DNA of 64,000 nt from Zygnema circumcarinatum SAG 698-1b (Eukaryota; Plantae; Zygnematophyceae): positions 1,314,617 to 1,378,616 of the forward strand of contig CM074818.1 in assembly GCA_037447605.1 (NCBI GenBank), read 5' to 3'. The translations under genes and the position numbers were made by a program. Positions 24,901 through 35,678 of the stretch are shown here, piece by piece. The notes beneath the pieces were generated by a model that was not told where the DNA came from, searched no databases, and saw only the letters and a program-made list of their open reading frames with translations. Within the stretch, counting starts at the first letter, position 1, and each line of letters begins with the position of its first letter.

Positions 24901-27900
24901 GCTCATAGATAACAGCAATCACCAAGAAATAACTTTTCTGCCGGCTAAGTTGCTGATCACAAGAACTCAGACGCCCTACCTGCAAAGTTGAGCGATTCCC
25001 TCCCCACGCAGAAGAGGGGATTGGAGTTCTTTCTGAGCCAACCTGAACAGATTGCACGGTATCGAGACCTCCAGTGTTCCCACTGCTCGACCTGTACAAA
25101 TCTTGCTGTAATCAGTAAATCTCGATTTCTCTTTGCGAAAGACTTTCAGTCATCAGCAACTCGGCTTCACTGAACAAGCACAACAAGAAGGTAATCAAGT
25201 AATACTACCGACCTGGTGATGGTATTTGAAGCAGCTGCAGCAGGCGATTTTCCAATGGGTGCAAGAGGAGATGTCGAATCCGTAGAACCTGCCGTTGCAG
25301 GTGGTACAACTGCTGACAGAGATTGGGCTGGAGAAGAGAGAACAGGGACTCCACTAGGCACCCCTCCTGCCTTGTCAGTAGTTCCGACGGCAGATTTACC
25401 GGGACTGCTGCCTCCATTGGGACGGTTCACAGTCTTCTGCTTTCGCCCAGCTTGCTCCTTCACCACCTGCACCCTCCAAAACAAATGACTGTCAGATGAG
25501 ACTTCCTCAACAACTAAGCCCATATGATGTGGTGCAATTTATGTTGCCTCGAAATGAGACGACGAAGATAAGGAATCTGATCAGCTAACATGGATGTGTT
25601 GAAATAGATCCCCGCACAAAGGGAGATCCTCCACAAAGATCCGTCTTTTAAAGTCTTCTAGCAAAAAGACAGCTAATCCAGGAAGTGTTCATTGAACTTT
25701 TCGAGGGTACTGCAGCTGACTCTCTGGAATGAAAGCATCCATGGTAAACCCCAGAGAACAAAAGAACATGTATATCACCTTCGCGTCTCGGCCCTTGGTC
25801 TTGAGCTCTTTCTCCCTTTGCTCACGTCGATCATTGAGCATTTGGCGCTTGGACCGGACTTGAATAAAGTCGTCAGCCTCTTGGGATGCATCTCCCTTTC
25901 TCTGCTCCGGACCCGCGAATCTCCCCCCATTGTCAACCCGAATTTGAGCCCTACCTTCTACTGCCCTGGTCACATGTGCAGATGAGGCTTCCACTAAATT
26001 TTCTTCTACAATGGAAGGCTTATTTCGGCGCTCTAACTCCTTGTGCCCGTCCTGCCCATCGCCAACAATTTCGAGAGGCTGATGCAACGCATCTTTGGCC
26101 GCCCTTGGAGCTGCAGGCACAGTCATAGAGAGAGGAGTCGGGAGAAGTGCTGCTGCATTTGCTCCCAATTCCCTTCCCCTGCTTGTACGAGCATTGAAAC
26201 TGCTTACCCCAGCGTTACTCTCTATCTTTGCATCTCCCACATCTCTGATCCAAGGTTCAGAGCGCCGCAATCCTCCCCTTCGCACAGGAATTCGCGTCCG
26301 CACTACGACCCCATCACTGCCCGTCTCCTGTGTGAACCCTACAGAGCCGCCCATAGGTCCACCTCCCTCAATCCCTGGTCCATGGCTACCTCCTCTTGCT
26401 GTCAAACCTCTGCCCCTTCCACGCCCTGCTCCCAAAAGGCCTGCCCCACGCCCTCTACCTCCATGTGATGCAGGACCGCCACCTGGCGACCGCCATGGAA
26501 AGAAAGCTTCATTTGTACCATTCCCAGCTGTATCAACAGACCCGTTCGTCGCCTCTCCCCTTCCTCTCTCCCCCTCGATACTTGCTGATATGCCGTTTGA
26601 AAACTCTTTTCTAATAGGTGGCGCGTCCCTATAAGCTCCTACCGAAAGCTTTTGAGAGACATCCTGAGGTCCTGCTGTCATTGATCGAACAGCAGGAGGT
26701 GGTCGTGTGTTTGGATTGACCACTTCCCGCGGTATTATCCTCTCCCTCGGCCTACGTATCGGCACTCGTCCTGCCCTTACTCCTGCGTTTGCCTCTCTTA
26801 ACTGATCATTGCCTACCCTACCTCCACTAGTCTCTTCCTGCTGCCTTGTAGTCACTCCTGACGAAGTCGAAGAGGGGCTCCATGCAGGCTTAACGCCTCG
26901 CCATTCTTTCGCTTGTGTCGCCCTTGCAGGCTGCACAACTCCTGCATTCCCCATTTCGTTCGTGAATGTTGGTGCTTGTGGCGCTGAAATTGCTTTACCC
27001 TTCTCCACCCAACTGTTCTCCATTTTCACCTCATGGACATTCCCCTCCTCAACTGTGCCAATGATGAAATGTTCCTGGGAGGGCAGCATCGCAGGCTGAC
27101 GAAATTGTTGCCCCGAATCAGACGGTTGTTGTGCTGGGCGAAGGGGGCTCGACGGCGGGAGAAATGCAGGCTGTCCAAGCTGACCGAATTGAAGGAGAGG
27201 CTGAGGACTCAGCTGACCAAAAGTTGTTCCCAGCTGCCCAAATTGCAGAGGCATTTGAATAGTGCCAATCTGAATAGCCGGGACGGGCCCCTGCAACATT
27301 GGATATGAAAGGAGCACAGGCTCGGCGGAACCTGGCAGGGTAGTGGGTGCTTCCCCTTCTCCACGGCCCTCCCTCTGTTCAATAGCAGCAGCTGACGAAA
27401 GCTGCTCATTTTCCACTGATGAGACGTCCTCGTCTTTTCTGCTGTGTTGAGAAGCATGCGTGACAACATGCTGCACCAGACTGTCTGACGCATCATCATC
27501 AGCTATTGCTGAAGGCTGTTCAACTGCTTGCACATGGTGATCTTCATTCTCGTAAGTATGATCCCCTGCTCCTTCGTACGCCTCTGCCTCTTCACTGCCA
27601 TCATCCATGAGCACATCTTTCTCCACCTCAAATGCACCAAATACGGGGCCACTCCCAAAAACAAGTCCACCAGACTCTCCAGGAAGGGCTTCCGCGGGTC
27701 CCCACGCGTCGTCTGCAGAGTCAGCTGAAGCTGAATGCAGTGGAAATCGTGATTGATCCACCACAACCGGAGGTTGTACCACCTCTTTTGCGACCTCCAA
27801 TCTGCTTTCGTCAAGCCTCAATAAATCTTCACTAATTACCCCCTCACCCAATGCTTCAGATTCACTGTCTTCCTCGATTGAACGCTCTGTCTCTTCCTCA

Positions 27901-30900
27901 CTACCCCCGTCCCCATCTTTGGTCTCTCCTTCTGAAGAGTCCTTGATTCCCTCACCGGCATGTCCCTGGTTTCCATTGTCATCTTCCTTATCCGACAAAT
28001 GCACCTCAGGCATTTGTGTCAGTCTGCCACTTGCATCTACTTCCAGCCTGTCTTCATGGCCCAGTACATCCTTCAGTTTTCGACTCTCATCAGAGATCAT
28101 CTCGTCATCCAGAGCTGTAATCACCTTCTCTTCTTCATCTGGTGAAGGCAATCGTGGCTGCTTTCGAGCAGCCTTCGCTGACATAGCAGCTGGGGGAGGT
28201 GGGGGTGGCGCATAGAGTTGTCGCCGCCTCTCACCACGATCTCTCATCCTCCGCCAGTCGTGCTCTCTCTCAGAATCCATCCCAAAATCAGCCTCCGGCC
28301 CACTATTGCGGAAGTCTGGGACGAGTCCCCGGTAGCCTGTTCCCTCCTCCAGGCCTAACCACCGCCTGTCTCTCATGGCTGGGGGAGGGCCAACTGCAGC
28401 TTCCCCGCCCATATGATCGTTTCTCATCGGTCCATCCCGCCCTCCTCGACCTGCCATGCTGTTTCGTCCAGAGAATGCAAATTCCCGATCTCCAAAACCC
28501 TTGCCTACGAATATGCGATCTCTTGCAGTTGCCGCTTGAAACTCATCTCTGCCATATGAGGGCCCAGGATGGAGGTAGTCTCCATTATCAAAAGGTGGAA
28601 AGGAAGTGTGTGAAGGGGCATGATGGCCACTGACAAAAGGCAAACCTCCATTCCGCCATGAAGCATCCACACGTGGCCTGTCGTCCTCACCCATGTCTGA
28701 ACGAACATCAAAAAACCGATGTGGTGGAACATCATCGCGCCTCACCAGTGCAGAAGAAGCACGCATTGCATCTGAACCGCGTCCTCTGTCATCTCCAAGC
28801 CGAGGCATTAATGGTGGGCCAGAAGTTCGTACAGGTCTGCCTGATGGGAGACCTGCATCAGAGAAAAAGCTCGGAACTCTGCGCTGTTCCTCCTCATCTT
28901 TCTGCCGTTCTTCGTCCTCCCACTGCCTACTCCGCTCGTCTTTCCTTAAAACTGCAGCAGGCCTTGCATCTTCAACCTGACTCTTCTCTTCTTGTACCCG
29001 ACCAGCTTCCTCGTGGGGTTCCTTGCTCTGAGCTTCCCGCCTTGCAATGCGCTCCTCCAATTCCTGCAACTTCCGACGAGCATTCTCCCTTCTTCTCTCC
29101 TCTTCTTCCGCCAGCCTCCTCTTTTCCTCCTGCAAAGCCCTTCGCTCCTCTTCTACACGCAGTGCTGCGGCTTCTGCTTCACGAGCTGCTTGCTCTGCTG
29201 CTCTCTGAGCTTCCCTCTCAGCTGCCAATCGTCGCTCCTCCTCCTCCCTCGCCAGCCGTGCTCTCTCCTCCTGTTCAGCTCTTGCCAACTCCGCAGCCCG
29301 CAGTTCCTCTTCGAGTTTCCTTTGCCTCTCTAACTCCTTCTGCTTTTGCACACGCTCCAACTCCGCCTCAAACTTTTCTCTCTCTAAATCTCGAAACTCC
29401 GACTCAACCTCCTCCTTTTTTTTCCGTGCTAACTTAACTTCCAGACTTAAACTCGATGGCGGCGGTTCTATGCCAAGACGAGGAAGCGATGCGAGGCCCG
29501 AACCCAGCATGTCCATGAATGGATCCCCACGGCCCCCTCTGAATGGCATGCTCTGGGACCTCCCTGAACCCCGCCCAGGCCCAGGCTCGGGGCCCTGGGG
29601 CCCTCTACCCCACTGCTGAGAACCTCTAAAAGTTCTGCCTCCTTCTAAGCCTGTGTCCATAACCCGCGAATATGAATCACCAAAGCGATACCGCGCTCCA
29701 TCAGAGTTCACACTGCGTCGAGCCATGGCCCCATCAGATGCGAAACCCTGATCCCCAAGAGACCTATCGGATACAAAATGCGCGTCCCTTCCACTTGAGC
29801 CCGGTCCATACCTCCGTTCATCCGTCCATCCAGATGACCTCTCTTCTGTTTTGGAACGCTCTGAAGAGTTGCTGGCGCTGGCAACCGGGCGAGAATTCTG
29901 TGAAGGCGCACGCTCATCATCCGCCCAGTTGCGCACGGGCTCCCGCGGAGGAGAGGAGCGCGAGGCGGATCGTCCGGGAGAGCCTCCAGTTGCAGGTCTG
30001 GGCGGCTGTCTCCAACTGTCTGCCGCATCATTTCCCCATCGCTCATCAATCCTGCGCTGCGCAGTGCTACGGGTAGAGGTGCTATGCTCAGGAGGTGGTT
30101 GCGAGGGAGGAGAGGAAGCTCTCTCTGGTAGAGGCTTTATATCTACCTGGCGGGCATCGCCCTCCTTTGGTCCTACTTCTTGCGAAACATTGTTCTCTTC
30201 CAAACTCTGCCGCTGGCTGCTTTCCATTTCCACTTCGGAATCTTCCCCTCGACCTCTCTGCTGCTGCTGGCCTCCCCTAATTTCTTCCACCCTATGTTTC
30301 TGCTTCTGCTGCTGCTGCTGCTGCTCCCGAAGCCGAGGCATTGAAGGCGAAATCGTAGGGGCGGCAGCCTGCAGCGTAGGAAAATCCTCCCTGCGTAGCA
30401 GGCTTGGCGAAGGAGCCGCCACTGCAGACCGCCCTGCAGCCTCATTCCGCGCTGCAGGCGGCATATATGCCCCCAATTTCCCGCCCAAAGGCGGCCCTGC
30501 AGGAGGGGCACCCGAGCTTTCTGAAGGTGCCTGTGCAGTGCCCCAACCCGCGCCCTCCCTCGAAGTCGCCTTCCCTGCACGAACATCTGCAGGAGACTCC
30601 GCCGCTTTCGCACTCCCATCCACCCTCTCCTGCTTGCTCCAGCCGGACCCGAGCAGGAGCGCCCTTGGGTCGTGGCCGCCATGCTCGCGCTTCAGAGAGG
30701 GCAAATTGACAGGTTTAGGGATCGCGAGGCGAGAGCCTTTTTGCGGCAGAGCGGGCGCGCCCGGCGTGCGGCCGAGCACGAGCATCCCGCCATGCCCGAC
30801 TCCTCCTCCTGCTCGCAGGCCGGGCCCCCGCGGCTGCGTGGCGGGGGCTGCCGGCTTCCCGTAGGAGCTGTTGAGATTGACGCTGGCGAACTTGTTGTTG

Positions 30901-30923
30901 CGCGCCATTGCAGGCTGCGCCAT
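21907..30923 (-). CDS. Very large low-complexity protein, homologue of Arabidopsis At3g50370 (BAT2/PRRC2-like N-terminus)
   Basis: Recognised motifs KFASVNLNSSYG, GGMLVL, PKPVNLPSLKREH, EDFPTL, coiled coil, DDFIQVRSKRQMLNDRREQREKE, YLPTGKQPDWKH. Exon 1 is 30923-25779, followed by several smaller exons. Start could be 30908. Confidence 0.85.
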
Positions 30924-31407
30924 GGCTGCCCCCTCCCCGGCAGGGCCCGCGCATGGCGCGTCCCCTACCCCGCCCGCCCGTACCGAGGGCGCAGCGCGCT
31001 ACGTTATGGCGCCCTTCCCGCCCGCCTCCTCCCCTCCCCTCCCCTCCCCCCCGTCGATGCGGCCACGTGGCGCCGCCGCCGCCTTCCGATCGCGCCCCTT
31101 CCGCTTTCGGCACTCCCTCCTTCCCTCGCTCCCTCTCTCTCGCCTGCAATGCGGCGTCATGGCTCCCTCCGCCCCGCCGGAAAAGGGAAGACGTTGCCGC
31201 TCCATGCGCGAATTCAGCCCCCCAGTTGCGAATGGCGTTCTTACGTCGTTGCGGAACTGTGATCTGTACGGCTCACGTGCACATGGCCGACACATGTATG
31301 GTAGTTCCGTTGTTGCGCCGTTCAACAGCGGAACAAGGAGCGGTTTTAGGGTTAGCTTTTGAGAAAGCAGCAGCAGCAGCAGCAGGAGCAGCTGCAGCCT
31401 AGGTCTA

Positions 31408-32038
31408 CCGTGAAACCGAACAGGTTGAGAAAAAAAAAAAAATTAAGATTTTTGGCTTCTCAAAAAAAATCAATTCAAAACCAGTTTATAAAAAAAAAAT
31501 CCTATATTTGTGAACACGATTCACAAATATAGGAAAGATGAGAAATGAGAAATGAATTCCTAGTCTTTTTTTCTCACACAATTTTTATGGAGAACCAATT
31601 GACCATTGAACAATTAATTATCGTTCGTGTTCCATTCGAGTTTTCCTTGGGTCCACTGATCAACAATGAGATTTTAGCGGATCGCAAAGCGCGTGGACCC
31701 CGGAAGTTCGTACAGAATTTGTTGGTCGGCTCTCGTGAAGAGTCGTACGGTAAAACTGGGCGCCGGGTTAGCCAGATAACGTGGCAAACTTGCGACAGAA
31801 GACATAGAGCACATATTGAGTCTTTGGATTCTTTTTTTTGAACTTTTTGCTTTCTTAAATCGAGAAATTTTCGGCCTCGAGTGTTCAAACTTCAACCCTA
31901 TTCCATGACATTATTGAGAATTGAGAAATTAAGTAAACTCGTTTAACAATTCAATTCATTTTTTTGTTCCTTGCCATCGTGAGATCCATGCCACTTCTTT
32001 CTTTTGTTAACAATTTCTCAACCTGTTTGGTTTTATGG
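31408..32038. mobile_element. Tc1/mariner-type MITE A (631 bp)
   Basis: TA|CCGTGAAACCGAACAGGTTGAGAAA ... TTTCTCAACCTGTTTGGTTTTATGG|TA: 25-bp TIR with 3 transition mismatches, TA TSD. Internal perfect 15-bp hairpin at 31500-31534. Confidence 0.8.
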
Positions 32039-32211
32039 TATCAAGAAGGAGGCTTCGTTTTTTTTTTTTTTTTAGGTAAGGGTCGGAGGCACGGTCCCGG
32101 CCCTATTCGCTTTTCGTGCCCGTGACGTGACCACATAGAACAGTTAAAATCGGACCAATTAAAGTACGGAGAAAACGTGCGAAAAGTGCGGACAGTACAG
32201 TAGGGAATAAA

Positions 32212-33196
32212 GGAAAATTCTATTCTCACACCATTTTTGTCTACACACAGACCTTTTTTCGCCGGGCAGGTTCTATTTTAGAAAAAAAAGGATTAACAAC
32301 GAAAAATGCTTCTTTCATTCCTTTTTGGAATCGATCCAAACCTTTTTCCTTAGGGCAGATTTTACCCCTGATATTTTTTTTTGGAGAGAAAAAAATATCG
32401 GCTTGCCCGAATCCGCTAGGAGCGGAAGATCCGTCCGCCACGAGATCGTTCGCGGGTCTGCGTTCTTTGCAAGTGCGTTGAATCTCCGCCGTCGAGTAAC
32501 TCGCAAAATCGCACCACAGCAGATCACCGTTCGATCTGCAGTCGGGCTCTGTCCCAGCGAATGGCACGTGCCCACGTGCCCCGCCAAAGCCGGCTGGCAC
32601 GAGCAAGAGCGCGCGTCCCTCGGCCCGAGATCTCCACAAAATATGAGCTTGACCGGCCAGCCTGCGGCGGCTCGCCATTCACAACTAACAGCCAATCACC
32701 AGCTGCCACGTGTAATTTCAGTGAGGTGGCGAATTATTATTGGTCCAGGCATTTAATGTACGGCATTTCGCCTTTCCTCGAATCTGCGACCGTACACTTT
32801 TTGTATGGACCCTCTTTGAGCGGGATTTGGCGGGACACGTGGGCCCGTGCCATTCGCTGGGACCGAGCCAGACTGCAGATCGAACGGTGATCTGCTGTGG
32901 TGCGATCTTGCGAGTTACTCGACGGCGGAGATTCAACGCACTTGCAAAGAACGCAGACCCGCGAACGATCTCGTGGCGGACGGATCTTCCGCTCCTAGCG
33001 GATTCGGGCAAGCCGATATTTTCTACAAAAAAAAAATCAGGGGTAAAATCTGCCCGAAGGAAAAAGGTTTGGATTGATTCCAAAAAGGAATGAAAGAAGC
33101 ATTTTTCGTTGTTAATCCTTTTTTTTCTAAAATGGAACCTGCCCGGCGAAAAAAGGTCTGTGTGTAGACAAAAAAGGTGTGAGAATAGAATTTTCC
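32212..33196. mobile_element. Non-autonomous Mutator-like element MULE-1 (985 bp, ~375-bp TIRs)
   Basis: Starts GGAAAATTCTATTCTCACACC and ends with its reverse complement. Perfect 9-bp TSD GGGAATAAA at 32203-32211 and 33197-33205. Confidence 0.95.
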
Positions 33197-33259
33197 GGGA
33201 ATAAATTACTGTACGGAAAGTGTGAATGGTACGGACACTACGGACTGCGTGCTACTGTA

Positions 33260-33742
33260 CAGTCAACAGTCCTCATATTTTCCACCCTGTACAGTGCGTC
33301 CCCAAGAAATTCGCCCCGATTTTGCCGAAACCACCTTTTTGTACGGTAACTCTGTGTTAGCCGTAGTACCCGTACTATCCGTACCCCTAAAACCCTAAAA
33401 ACCCTAAAAACCGTACTAGCCGTACTTTCCGTACTTGCTGTACTAGCCGTTACGGGCTTCAGCAAAACTCACCGAATCTTCCCGCACGAGCCGCCGTAAG
33501 AGGCGCTCGCTCGTCTTTCCTCCTTCTTGGCTCCGATACGACACGATACGACACGATACTGAACGACACGGTACGATATGGTACGATATGGTACGATATG
33601 GTACGGTACGATACGTACGGTCCAACATGAACTCTAACAATACCGCCCGTCTATTGGTAACACGAACCATCTATTTGCAAAAATCAATATTTTCGCCTCA
33701 TATTTGCCAAAACCATGGCGAAAATATGAGGACTGTTGACTG
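33260..33742. mobile_element. Tc1/mariner(pogo)-type MITE B (483 bp)
   Basis: Perfect 23-bp TIR CAGTCAACAGTCCTCATATTTTC, flanked by TA at 33258-33259 and 33743-33744. Confidence 0.92.
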
Positions 33743-33778
33743 TACTGCCTCCACATTACAAATGTAATTATTATTATT

Positions 33779-34357
33779 AGGGCGTGTCAGACTTAACAAA
33801 ATGTTACGAATATCGAGTTTTTAGTATTACGAGAATCGAGGTTACTAAGTACTAAAAATCATCGCGCCCCCGAACCTAAACCGAACCGAACGGAAGTCAA
33901 CTGTACTAAGTCAACGGGTCAACGTTGCGAAGATTGACCCGTGGGGTTTACTGAAATTGCATTTCTTCGCACGATTTTGTTCGCACCCAAAAGAGGCGCC
34001 GAAATGGACGTGCGAAGAAAATACTGGCGAGAATCGCGTCAACGTGACGTCATGGTTGTTTTCCCGGCTTCCCGCCCGCGCCCGCGCCCGCCCGTGACGC
34101 GCAACACGACACACCGACAAGCGGTCTCCGCGCGCCGCGCCGGCGCTGTTTCTAAGTTTGAGGGCCCCGCGCGAGGGCGAAGTTGCGAAGACGGCGTTTG
34201 GAGAAGTGCGAAGACGGCGATCGCGGAGTGCGAACAGGACCGCGCCGCGAGTGCGAAAAACTAGGCTCGGGAATTTTAGTTTTACTGACGTTGACTCGAA
34301 ATGTTACGAATATCGAGTTTTTAGTATTACGAGAATTTTTTAAGTCTGACACGCCCT
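33779..34357. mobile_element. PHIS (PIF/Harbinger-related) MITE, copy 1 (579 bp)
   Basis: TIR AGGGCGTGTCAGACTTAA, 3-bp TSD ATT (33776-33778, 34358-34360). Near-identical copy at 51481-52061. Confidence 0.9.
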
Positions 34358-34619
34358 ATTGTAGGGAATGGCAAAAGTCCGTACAAGGGACTTTTAGAGT
34401 TTCAGATTTCAGAATTAGAACGTTCTAAGATTTAAAAGTTGCAGAGTTTTAGAACACTTTTAGAACCGCGGTACGACCATCAAAATTGAACTGCGTGTAC
34501 GGTCGTACGGTTGGCGAATTGGCGCTGACCCGTCGGGGAGCCTGCCGTATGACCGTACGACCATGAGGCGGTACAGTACTTGCGTTCTGGAAGTGTTTTA
34601 TAAAACGGCCTGACTTTAA

Positions 34620-35564
34620 GGGTAGTGATATTTCCACCCCTTTTTTGGATCCAAACACCCCTTCCCGGCCGGGCAGAGTTCAAAAAGGATTAAAAACGGA
34701 AAATGCTTTTTTCACACCTTTTTGGAATCGATACCACCGTCCATCGGTAGATTTTATTTCTGCGAAACAAGGAAAATGATAACCCGTCACCCCATTTGAA
34801 TATCCCGCCTACCTGAATTTTTTTTCACGCGTGCGGTCAATCGCAGCCGTCGATTCCCTCGCAGATCGCAAACGGCAGATCACTATTTGATCGGCAGCCG
34901 GGCTCGGTCACAGCGCATGGCACGTGCCCACGTATCCCGCCAAAGTCCTCTCAAGAGTTTGTCCGTACAAATGTCGTACGGTCACAACTTGAGGAACCCA
35001 AAATTTCGTACATTGAGATCTTAGACCAATCAAAATTTTCCACGTCAAAAACGTAGCACGTGGCAGATGTTTATTGGCTGGAAACTAACAATGACGAGAT
35101 CTCGGGCTGAAGGACGCGCGCACTCGCACGTGCGATATGGCTTTGACGGGACTCGTGGGCGCTTTCCATTCGCTAAGATCGAGGCCGCCTGCAGATCGAA
35201 CGGTGATCTGCAGTGGTGTGATCTGGGAGGGAATCGACAGCTGCGATTGACACGCACGTGTAAAGGACGGACACCCGCGAACGATCTCGTGGCGGACGGA
35301 TCTTCCGCTCCGAGCGGATTCGGGCAGGCAGATATTTCTTTCCCTCAAAAAAAAAATTCAGGGAGGCGGGATACAGTATTCAAAATGCGGTAACGGGGTA
35401 TCATTTTCCTTGGTTAGCAAAAATAAAATCAGCCGACGGGAGAAGGTGGGTATCGATTCCAAAAAGGTGTGAAAAAAGCATTTTCTGTTTTTAATCCCTT
35501 TTGAAATCTGCCCGGCCGGGAAGGGGTGTTTGGATCCAAAAAAGGGGTGGAAATATCACTACCC
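34620..35564. mobile_element. Non-autonomous Mutator-like element MULE-2 (945 bp)
   Basis: Long TIRs starting GGGTAGTGATATTTCCACCCC, 8-bp TSD GACTTTAA (34612-34619, 35565-35572). Internally homologous to MULE-1 in opposite orientation. Confidence 0.92.
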
Positions 35565-35678
35565 GACTTTAAAAGCTTTTCGTGCCCCGGCCATGGTCCC
35601 CCCCGGGGAATGTCCTTGCCCCCGTGCCTCCAACCCTAATTTTAGCGCTACAGAGGCTCCTTGTGCAGCAGGCTGACC

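Noticed and set aside
26043-31402. Many long plus-strand ORFs
   Set aside because: Antisense shadows of a GC-rich giant exon and its leader.
32241-35393. Pairs of similar ORFs on opposite strands, and ORFs repeated at 51605-52091
   Set aside because: Artefacts of TIRs and MITE copies; no transposase motifs.
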